Source of the DNA: Burkholderiales bacterium
Lineage (GTDB): Bacteria; Pseudomonadota; Gammaproteobacteria; Burkholderiales; Usitatibacteraceae
Length of the DNA stretch: 34,436 nucleotides
Reading direction: 5' to 3'
NCBI GenBank assembly: GCA_043780475.1
Contig: JAYWCO010000451.1
Location: 1-34,436 of the forward strand
The notes under the pieces are model-generated. The model did no database searches. It was not told where the DNA came from and saw only the letters and a list, made by a program, of their open reading frames with translations. This document shows, in pieces, positions 18,146 to 25,496 of the stretch (its first letter is position 1; each line of letters opens with the position of its first letter). The position numbers and the translations under genes are program-made.

Positions 18146-19747
18146 TTACCGATACATCATTTCAGGCGCGGACAATAGCACCATATTCCATTCTTGCGGT
18201 GTGGCAGATTGTTCTAATGCCTTGCGCGTAGCCTGATTGAGGCTGCGTTCAATTTGATTGTAGTAAAGCGCATTGGCAAGTTGTGGGAAGGCTGGCTTTT
18301 CAACAGGCTGGGGCCCTTCCGTCTTAAATAGTCCAGCACTGCCTGAACCAATCGCCTTGGCAATTTCAAATCGGGTGTTCATCTGTCCCGGGCTGGCCCA
18401 TGCCGACTCAATCATCGAATAACCGTCTGGCGTTTGACGGCCAAACAGCGGTTGCCCCATGCGGTTTAGCCAATTTTGCATCGGGCCTGCGTTGAGAATT
18501 GGTTTGTCGTCGTAAGCCAACCGCACCGCCGACACCACATACTGCATCGGCGTTTTGAATTTATGGCCAAGCGAGGCGTTGAATTCATTGCTCGCAAACA
18601 GCGTCCTAAGCGTGGCTGAAATATCGCCATCAGTCTGCAAAAAAGTGACCGTCATCCGGTCAACGAGCGCAGCGGGCGGTTGGTCAGCGACAAAGTAAAT
18701 GGCGAGCTTGCTGCAAACGTAGCGCGCGGTTGACGGATGGCGCGCTAGCAAGCCAATAGCCTCATTGACTTCAGCAAGCCCACGCCCTTTTAATGTGCGT
18801 CCTAGCAGCAATTTGTCGCCATAGTCATGGCGATTCGGGTTGAATTCAAAAATGCCGCTACGCACATATTGGGCTGCAATTTCTTTGCGCACATTGGGTT
18901 TTGTAGTGCCCAGATTGACCCCTACTCCAGTCAGCACGCGTGCCAGCTCCTGCACGTCCTTCTGGCTGTAGCCGCCGCCAACGCCGAGCGTGTGCAGTTC
19001 CATCAGCTCACGAGCGTAATTTTCGTTGATACGGTTGACCGCATTTTGCTCATTGTCCAGATAACGGATCATTGCCGGATGAAACACTGTCGCGGTCAGC
19101 AGCTCGCGAAATTTGCCCAGGACATGCGGGCGAATAGCGGATTCTTCAAAATCGCCAATCATTGCGCGAATATTGTGCTTGCCCTGATGGATGCTGAAAT
19201 GATTCATCCAGAACCAGACCATTTGCTCCTGTAACTGGTTGGGCGAGTACACCGCGCGCATCAGTGCGCGCGTTGACGCTTCGCGGGCAACGCGGTTCAT
19301 CTCATTCTGATAAGCCTGCTGCGCCACTTTTTTGGCGTCGTCATCCTTGATGATGTCGGCGTCTTTACGACGTTGCTCCAGTTCCGCAACCAGCGACGGC
19401 ATGTCTTGTTTGACGATAGTCATATCGGTAATTTGCTGGCTGATCGCCGCTGGCAATGCCCGCTTTTGCGTCAATTGCGCATCGAGATAACGCGACACGC
19501 CAATCTGGTCAACTTGCTGCATCGTACTTGCATTCACACCCCACGTAATGCGATTAATGACGTCTAGTGGCTTGCCTGCCACGACAGCCAAGGCGCTCTG
19601 CATGGGCGGCTTGCTGGGCGCGTCGACAGTGGCGCAACCCGATAACGCTAACATTAGCAACAGTGCTCCACGCGGTAACGCACCTGACTTGCTCGACAGT
19701 TGCTCGAATCCAAGCAGTCGATTAAAACGGTGTAAAAAAATCAGCAT
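18146..19747 (-). CDS. DUF1800 family protein, probable lipoprotein (533 aa)
   Basis: Start at ATG 19747 with a GGAGA RBS. Lipobox LLMLALSG|C. DUF1800-type motif ELHTLGVGGGYSQKDVQELARVLTGVG. Paired with DUF1501 as is usual for these families. Confidence 0.8.
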   Translation of the reverse strand: MLIFLHRFNRLLGFEQLSSKSGALPRGALLLMLALSGCATVDAPSKPPMQSALAVVAGKPLDVINRITWGVNASTMQQVDQIGVSRYLDAQLTQKRALPAAISQQITDMTIVKQDMPSLVAELEQRRKDADIIKDDDAKKVAQQAYQNEMNRVAREASTRALMRAVYSPNQLQEQMVWFWMNHFSIHQGKHNIRAMIGDFEESAIRPHVLGKFRELLTATVFHPAMIRYLDNEQNAVNRINENYARELMELHTLGVGGGYSQKDVQELARVLTGVGVNLGTTKPNVRKEIAAQYVRSGIFEFNPNRHDYGDKLLLGRTLKGRGLAEVNEAIGLLARHPSTARYVCSKLAIYFVADQPPAALVDRMTVTFLQTDGDISATLRTLFASNEFNASLGHKFKTPMQYVVSAVRLAYDDKPILNAGPMQNWLNRMGQPLFGRQTPDGYSMIESAWASPGQMNTRFEIAKAIGSGSAGLFKTEGPQPVEKPAFPQLANALYYNQIERSLNQATRKALEQSATPQEWNMVLLSAPEMMYR

Positions 19748-19987
19748 AAATTCTCCGCATGAATCAGCATAAATCTCAAAATCAATGACTTGCCAGCAGC
19801 GCGCAATTGCCAAGAACATAGTTAACGCTAAAAACACCAGTGAAGTGCACACGAGTTGCAACAACTTATGACAACACTGGCAACGATGATGAACTTCCGT
19901 CGTTTGGTGTTCATCGTCTGCACGCTCACAAGGCGACCTTGCCCCTGTTTAACGTATCCCTTAACCAGGCCGGTTATGCGGTCTGTG

Positions 19988-20359
19988 TTATCTGATCCGC
20001 ATGCCTTGCTGCTTCAAACTGCATCGGACGACGTAGTCCAGCGCCCCGGTCAGCAGTAAAACAACGAGCAGGGTAGGGCACAGCATTTGCAGCGACTGGC
20101 AAATCGCGATCACTTTTCGGCGGTCGCCGCGATCGGCGAGTAAGCCATCTGCGAGCGTCAACAGCCAAATGGGCGCTCCCAAAGCAAATGCGTCTAGACC
20201 AATCAGAAACGACGAAGCGCCGAGACTCAATATCAGCCACGGCGGCGCCACTTGCTGTGCCCACGTGCTAATGTTGGCAAGCAGACTGGCGAACCAGAAA
20301 GTACCAAAGCGGCGGGTAAATATGAGGCTAGTCGATTCGCGAAAGGCAATCTTCTTCAT
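19988..20359 (-). pseudogene. 5' stump of an MFS transporter gene (EntS/MFS_3-like)
   Basis: MKKIAFRESTSLIFTRRFGTFWFASLLANISTWAQQVAPPWLILSLGASSFLIGLDAF...LADRGDRRKV matches the first 2-3 helices of MFS_3-type exporters. The frame terminates after about 123 codons, against the 400+ expected. Confidence 0.6.
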
Positions 20360-20634
20360 GACGATGCAAGCTAACACAGCACGAGCCTGTTGCTCTGTCG
20401 TTTACGCAACCGAGCCTAGTTTTTCTAAACGAAATCGCCAGATCGACCAACTCACAGCGTCAATCCCAAGCCTTCAACCGCGACAAAACTTTGTTGCGAC
20501 GCTCTGGGTTGAACCTAAACGTACCCGCTAATTTGCCAAATGGAGACAACGCGCCCACCGTTGTTTTTAATTCCTTGGGCAATCCTGAGCCATGCAAACT
20601 ATAAACTGCGGGTAGACTCACTTAGGGACTAATT

Positions 20635-20714
20635 TTAAGTATTCGTTTGTCAGTGCGGATTAACTGATCGCGGATTAAGTATTCGTTTGTCAGTGCGGAT
20701 TAACTGATCGCGGA
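20635..20714 (+). repeat. Perfect 40-bp tandem duplication (2 units)
   Basis: ttaagtattcgtttgtcagtgcggattaactgatcgcgga occurs at 20635-20674 and again at 20675-20714. Each unit carries two gcggatt sub-motifs. Confidence 0.95.
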
Positions 20715-21047
20715 TTTTTAGCGGCGGCGGAAGTGAAATTGATGGACTTTGGCCCTCCAAATTACGTGCAGTTTGAAGTGAAAGTAAATCATCGCGATGA
20801 AAGTTCGTTCCTTGCATTGATAGCGTGATGAGATGCGTGCGGAGATGGCTGCGTCTGCCGATTTGGCAACCCCTACCGATGAGAGTAGTGAAGCGTTGCA
20901 GCTCAACACTGAGAATTCAATTCGCTAGCTGGCACTAGACAACCATTGCTTTATTGGATGGTTTTAAATTCCGATCAAATTTTTACAGCAGGCAAACGAC
21001 GATAATCATAAAAAATTTGATGATCGTGTTTGTATACTGTCGTCAGT

Positions 21048-21893
21048 TCACTTTACCACTGGCGCTTTGTGTTTCTTTTTTGTGGCCGGTGGACTCTTTT
21101 GCTCGGCCTCTTCCTTCGCTTCGGACGCTTTTTGCTTATCAATGCGGTGTTGTTCAACTTCCTTCGTTAATTCTTCTTTACGAGCTTCGATCTTCGCTTC
21201 GTTCATGGTCCGGCGATAGGCCTCCGGGGCGCGATCTACTTTCTTTGGTGGCTTTTTGGGGTCGTGTGACACATAGGCAAATTGCCCGGCATTGATGATG
21301 ACTTCGCCAGCGGGATTTTTGAGCGACGTACTGCCACTGTTTACTTTTTCATAGGTGCCCGGTTCGCCGCCAACAGCTTTTTCGCCTGGTCCCGGAATCG
21401 GGATGTGCAACGGTTCATGGTCAGTGCCCCGAATCCCAATCGTCGCCGAAGGTGTTCGGATCGCATAATGATTCGCGTTGTTCCGGCCAATCCAGCCGGT
21501 AATCGAGCGCATCGCGCCATAGGCCATTGACATGATCACGCCGTCGTCTTTATCGCCTTTAGCCCGATAAAACTCGACTAACACCTTCGAATTCGGGCGA
21601 AATGCCATGTAGCCGTGGTCGTCGGTACGAACATGCAATTCACCGTCACGCCCGGTCATGATGGTTTCGCCCTCAATGATCTTATCGTTAACGTGTACCA
21701 AGCGTGTTTGGCCTTTTGTGTCGATAACCGATACCTTGCCTTCCACCAATTCCACCACGCCAAATTCATTCTCAGCCCATGCCACCGGCGCGGCCACCAG
21801 GACACAACTTAAAATGAGTAAGCTGAATGTGCCGGTAAACCGGGCCACCACCGTCAAAAAAAGATTCTTTAAAAACATCGAGCGCAGACGCAT
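21048..21893 (-). CDS. Secreted FecR-domain protein with Lys/Glu-rich C-terminal tail (281 aa)
   Basis: Signal peptide ...LVAAPVAWA|EN. FecR-type beta-rich core (GKVSVIDTKGQTRLVHVNDKIIEGETIMTGRDGELHVRTDDHGYMAFRPNSKVLV). Charged coiled tail. AGGAG RBS 8 nt upstream. Confidence 0.75.
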   Translation of the reverse strand: MRLRSMFLKNLFLTVVARFTGTFSLLILSCVLVAAPVAWAENEFGVVELVEGKVSVIDTKGQTRLVHVNDKIIEGETIMTGRDGELHVRTDDHGYMAFRPNSKVLVEFYRAKGDKDDGVIMSMAYGAMRSITGWIGRNNANHYAIRTPSATIGIRGTDHEPLHIPIPGPGEKAVGGEPGTYEKVNSGSTSLKNPAGEVIINAGQFAYVSHDPKKPPKKVDRAPEAYRRTMNEAKIEARKEELTKEVEQHRIDKQKASEAKEEAEQKSPPATKKKHKAPVVK

Positions 21894-21933
21894 GATGGTG
21901 ACTCCTATAAAAACGACAGAAAATGAATACCGT

Positions 21934-22734
21934 TTAAAAATCGGATGAAATGGTCATACCAAAACCGTTATCGGGACTTTGCGCCGATCGCCCCGAAATG
22001 GCATAAATATCAACCTTAACGCCTTTGAACGGCTTGAAATTAATATAGTAAGTAACATCGCGCGATCGTGGTAAACCGTCCGCAATCGATCCACCCTCAC
22101 TGAAGGTTACGCCAACGGACGTCGTTTTACTAATACGATAACTGCCATCGAACGAGCCGTAAAAAGCATTTTTGAATCTTTGACCATCGGGCTTTCCGAC
22201 AAACGTATAGCCAACGGTCAATGCGCCATTAAAAGAGCCGAGTGCGTGCGACAAGACAGACTGAAATGAAAGATCATCCTTGCCAGACCCTAGGCCTTTG
22301 GCACTGGACGCAGTACTAAATTTCGCAATGCCGCCGAAATCAAGATCAACCCCATTGTCTTCTTCGGTCAGGAGATATCGGGTAACGCCGGCGGTGACAT
22401 CGCCGAGCCCGGATGCCTTCTGATCGGGGCCGACGATGACGGTGGGTCGCCGCCCCGGGATCGAGATAAGCCGTCCGGGCCCTTGTTGGTGAACATACGG
22501 AACAACGACATCGAACGAATAGTCGTCCACGTCATAGGTCACGGTCGTGGAGGTGATAGAGACGACGGAATATTGGCTTTGACCGTATTTGCCTTTTGAC
22601 CGGTCGTAGCCAATTTTCGCATTCAAGGTCGGCTCGTCCTTGGTTGTGGCCTCCTCCTCAATGGCAAAAGCGTTAGGAATTCCTATTGTCACCGCGATAA
22701 ACAAGCGCGCGCAAAATTTAAAAGTAGCGTTCAT
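21934..22734 (-). CDS. Outer-membrane beta-barrel protein (MetA-pathway/transporter-like family, tentative; 266 aa)
   Basis: Signal peptide ...PNAFA|IE. Alternating beta-strand pattern, SGLGDV motif, C-terminal ...MTISSDF ending in Phe. Confidence 0.65.
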   Translation of the reverse strand: MNATFKFCARLFIAVTIGIPNAFAIEEEATTKDEPTLNAKIGYDRSKGKYGQSQYSVVSITSTTVTYDVDDYSFDVVVPYVHQQGPGRLISIPGRRPTVIVGPDQKASGLGDVTAGVTRYLLTEEDNGVDLDFGGIAKFSTASSAKGLGSGKDDLSFQSVLSHALGSFNGALTVGYTFVGKPDGQRFKNAFYGSFDGSYRISKTTSVGVTFSEGGSIADGLPRSRDVTYYINFKPFKGVKVDIYAISGRSAQSPDNGFGMTISSDF

Positions 22735-22807
22735 TCAACCGTTCACATTCGTTAATACGTTAGTCGGAAAACAACAATACGGAGCTTTGTTTGGCGTCAA
22801 TTACCGC

Positions 22808-23026
22808 CTACACACGTCTCCGCAATCGGTGAGTCACGGTTCGCCGGTGATCGCGACGGCTTTTGATCGCGTCGTGCTGCGCTTTGGTGGCGTCGGGCTT
22901 TGTGACGCTGTCCTTATTTTTAACCTCTTTTGCGGCAGGGATTGGGGGCGGCGTTTCCTGAGCTTGCGTGAGTGTGTTAACACTAACGAGCAAGCCTGTC
23001 AAAATCAACAGCAGGTATTTTTTCAT
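22808..23026 (-). CDS. Small secreted Pro/Lys-rich basic peptide (72 aa)
   Basis: GGAGA RBS 8 nt before ATG 23026. Signal peptide MKKYLLLILTGLLVSVNTLTQA|QETPPPIPAAKEVKNKD..., with an Arg-rich tail. Confidence 0.5.
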   Translation of the reverse strand: MKKYLLLILTGLLVSVNTLTQAQETPPPIPAAKEVKNKDSVTKPDATKAQHDAIKSRRDHRRTVTHRLRRRV

Positions 23027-23155
23027 GATGTAAGTCTCCATTTGTTACAATATTTTAGATCGGAGGTGATGGTGTCGTAATAATATGTTGTTGTTGAGTT
23101 ATGAACAAACTTTTACAAATTTACTCATTCTCACGATTCAAAAAATAGAGGATTT

Positions 23156-23365
23156 ATGAAAATTCTAAATATTTTTGTTGCAACCCTGTTGACGAGCTTT
23201 GCGATGCAAGGTTGGGCTCAGACGCCAAAGCCGCCCGAGCCACCGGGCAAAACAGTGGCTAAAACAGACGCCAAAGAAGAGAAAAAGGACAAAGAAGAAG
23301 AAAAAGACAAGGACGAGAAAAAAACGAAAGCCCATAAAAAGCATACGCATAAACACAAGGAATAA
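23156..23365 (+). CDS. Small secreted Lys/Glu/His-rich peptide (69 aa), paralogous in layout to 22808-23026
   Basis: AGAGGA RBS. Signal peptide MKILNIFVATLLTSFAMQGWA|QTPKPPEPPGK..., then a KEEKKDKEEEKDKDEKK tract and the tail KAHKKHTHKHKE. Confidence 0.55.
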   Translation: MKILNIFVATLLTSFAMQGWAQTPKPPEPPGKTVAKTDAKEEKKDKEEEKDKDEKKTKAHKKHTHKHKE

Positions 23366-23468
23366 CGTGTCGCCTGCTTGCAACAGGGGAAAGCATCTGT
23401 CGTTGACATCCATCGAGCCCCTGTTAGAGTATGTAATCATTCATTAATTCTCATTGCAAGGCGTTAGC

Positions 23469-25127
23469 ATGACGACTGGTCTTGCCAAGGAAAAGCGAGA
23501 GCGCCTGATGTATCGCGTTGTTAAGCGATTTGACAGGCGCTTTTTTCTTTACCTCGCTGTCTTCGCGTCATTGTTGGTTGCCGTCGATGTCAGTACGACC
23601 AAATTGGTCGGAGGAATGGAACAGGCAACTTTTGATTGGTTGATGAAGCATCGCATTCACTATGCGGCGCCCGATCGTGACATTGTCATTGTCGATATCG
23701 ATGATGCAAGCATCAAAGAGTTGTCACTGCGATACGGTCGGTGGCCTTGGCCGCGCGAGGTGATTGGTGGACTGCTTGAAAAACTGGCCGTAGCCAAGCC
23801 TCGTGCAATTGTTTTTGATATTGCTTTTAGTGAACCGGATAAATTAAACCCGGTTTCCGATCAGCACTTTCTGGAGCAATTACGAAAATCAGGGAATGTT
23901 TTTTTCCCGATGGTGCTGTTAGATGAGACCGGCGTTAGCAGCATCCCGCTGCGATCCTTGGCCAGTGCCAAGCGTTTGTCGGCAACCGCCTTGGACAGCG
24001 AAAAAACTTCGGTTTTATTGCCGTTCTTCCATGATGAACTTAAGCCAACCCAAATTGGCACGAACAACATTACGCCCGATAAAGATGGCATCATCCGCCG
24101 CTTTGCGCCACAGCGCGAGACGAACGGTTGGGGAATACCGTCAATTGCGCTCCAAGTCGCGCGATCGTTGAACTTTCCGCCCTTGCAGAACCCAAATTTT
24201 CTGGTCAATTGGCGGGGCCCACCGTACTCCTATTCCTCGGCGTCGTTTAGCCATATTTTGTCATCACCCATCGAGGGACCCGACTCGCATCTCAAAGAAG
24301 ATTTCGGGGGTAAAATTGTCATTATTGGCTCGACCGCGGCGAGTTTGTTCGACATCAAAGCTTCACCGATGGCGCGCATCCATCCGGGTGTCGAGATGCT
24401 CGCGACCGTGGTTGATAATATTAAAAATAATGATCCGCTTCATGAGCTCCCATCGTCCGTCTACGCATTTGCCGCGATAGCATTCATCTTCGTACTGGCC
24501 TTCACATTGTATTCAGAGCGCAGTGCCATGGTGACGGATTGGCTGTTTATTTTGTTGCAATTCGTGGCCATCGGTGTCTGCTACCTGTTGCTCAATCTGG
24601 GCAACACCTATCTTGATATGACCGTGCCTATTGCGTTTTCAGTCGGCTTCTTCACGGTGGCACGTATCTATGGCTACTACCTTTCGGAATACCGGGCAAT
24701 GCAAATTTCACCCGATATCAAGCTTCAATACGGGAGTCGTTATCGGTTGTCAGTAATGGCAATTCGATTTGCCTCCGGGAATACCGTCTCTCGAAAAAAG
24801 ATCGAGCAATTGCTGCGCAAAACCCTTGCGTCGTCGGAGCTCAAAGCAAATGTTGAGATGCATCCGTTTGGATCGTCGCGATTGCTCGAGAACCTTGTCC
24901 CTAATCTGTTTTTAATTTCCTGGATTACGATCGAGGATGTCACAACCGACGCAAAAATTGAAATGGAAACGTATCGAATCACTGGTTTTTTAAGAAATAC
25001 TTATGACGAAAAACATTTCACAACGAGCACCGAATCGGGAACATTGATTGTCGACGAACAGGCAAACGTGATTCAAGGACAAGATATCGCGATGGCGGCG
25101 ATAAATTCGATCACCTCGCCACGATAA
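23469..25127 (+). CDS. CHASE2-domain membrane sensor with an uncharacterised ~147-aa cytoplasmic C-terminal domain (552 aa)
   Basis: N-terminal TM, then CHASE2 motifs IVIVDIDDASIKELSLRYGRWPWPR and KIVIIGSTAASLFDIKASP, then three TM helices. The tail has no kinase, GGDEF/EAL, cyclase metal-binding Asp or protease motif visible. Confidence 0.8.
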   Translation: MTTGLAKEKRERLMYRVVKRFDRRFFLYLAVFASLLVAVDVSTTKLVGGMEQATFDWLMKHRIHYAAPDRDIVIVDIDDASIKELSLRYGRWPWPREVIGGLLEKLAVAKPRAIVFDIAFSEPDKLNPVSDQHFLEQLRKSGNVFFPMVLLDETGVSSIPLRSLASAKRLSATALDSEKTSVLLPFFHDELKPTQIGTNNITPDKDGIIRRFAPQRETNGWGIPSIALQVARSLNFPPLQNPNFLVNWRGPPYSYSSASFSHILSSPIEGPDSHLKEDFGGKIVIIGSTAASLFDIKASPMARIHPGVEMLATVVDNIKNNDPLHELPSSVYAFAAIAFIFVLAFTLYSERSAMVTDWLFILLQFVAIGVCYLLLNLGNTYLDMTVPIAFSVGFFTVARIYGYYLSEYRAMQISPDIKLQYGSRYRLSVMAIRFASGNTVSRKKIEQLLRKTLASSELKANVEMHPFGSSRLLENLVPNLFLISWITIEDVTTDAKIEMETYRITGFLRNTYDEKHFTTSTESGTLIVDEQANVIQGQDIAMAAINSITSPR

Positions 25128-25256
25128 AAACTGTTCGATGGCGAAGTGCCCGCATGTAGACTAATCTGTCGGCCAGCAGACTGGACTGCAGAGATCACGC
25201 CCCCGGCTTGCTGGCCGCTTGGGATATGTTACGACTGTCCCTTACGAACAATTGTG

Positions 25257-25370
25257 GCCGCCGACATCAAATTGACCCACCTGCCGATTTTGATTGCCCC
25301 ACTCCAAGCCCCCGCGAACCGTTGCCTATTCAGGGATTACGCCAATTTGGGGTAGGTTGGTCAAACAGCG
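25257..25370 (-). repeat. Right copy of the long imperfect inverted repeat (partner at 15163-15294)
   Basis: See the left copy. Motif copies lie at 25261-25280, 25284-25302 and 25351-25370 (the last inverted relative to the first two). Confidence 0.8.
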
Positions 25371-25452
25371 TGCAACACTTTCCAGTTTAGGGGTGGAAAC
25401 AGCGTCCAATAGTTTCCACCCCTAAACTGGAAAGTGTTGCACGCTGTTTGAC
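25360..25452. repeat. Perfect palindrome: 41-bp arms separated by 11 nt
   Basis: 25360-25400 (gtcaaacagcgtgcaacactttccagtttaggggtggaaac) is the exact reverse complement of 25412-25452. The spacer is agcgtccaata. Each arm also holds a small internal hairpin, TTTCCA-N9-TGGAAA. Confidence 0.95.
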
Positions 25453-25496
25453 ATCAAGGTGCGGTACCACCAGAATATTTTGAGCGCCCCTATTTT

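Noticed and set aside
20635-20714. CRISPR array (this tandem repeat, and also the palindrome at 25360-25452)
   Set aside because: There are only two abutting identical units with no spacers here. At 25360-25452 there are two inverted, not direct, copies 11 nt apart. No cas genes are present.
20994-21030. Fur-box-like GATAATCAT...GATGATC / possible terminator hairpin after the FecR-domain gene
   Set aside because: It is only a partial match to the 19-bp Fur consensus. It lies 3' of the FecR-domain gene and about 640 nt from the nearest possible target, which is a stump. The hairpin stem is imperfect and has no clear U-tract.
23165-23447. Three alternative-frame ORFs (63-91 aa) over the Lys-rich peptide gene
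   Set aside because: They are artefacts of the polypurine tract. Only the 23156-23365 frame has an RBS and a signal peptide.
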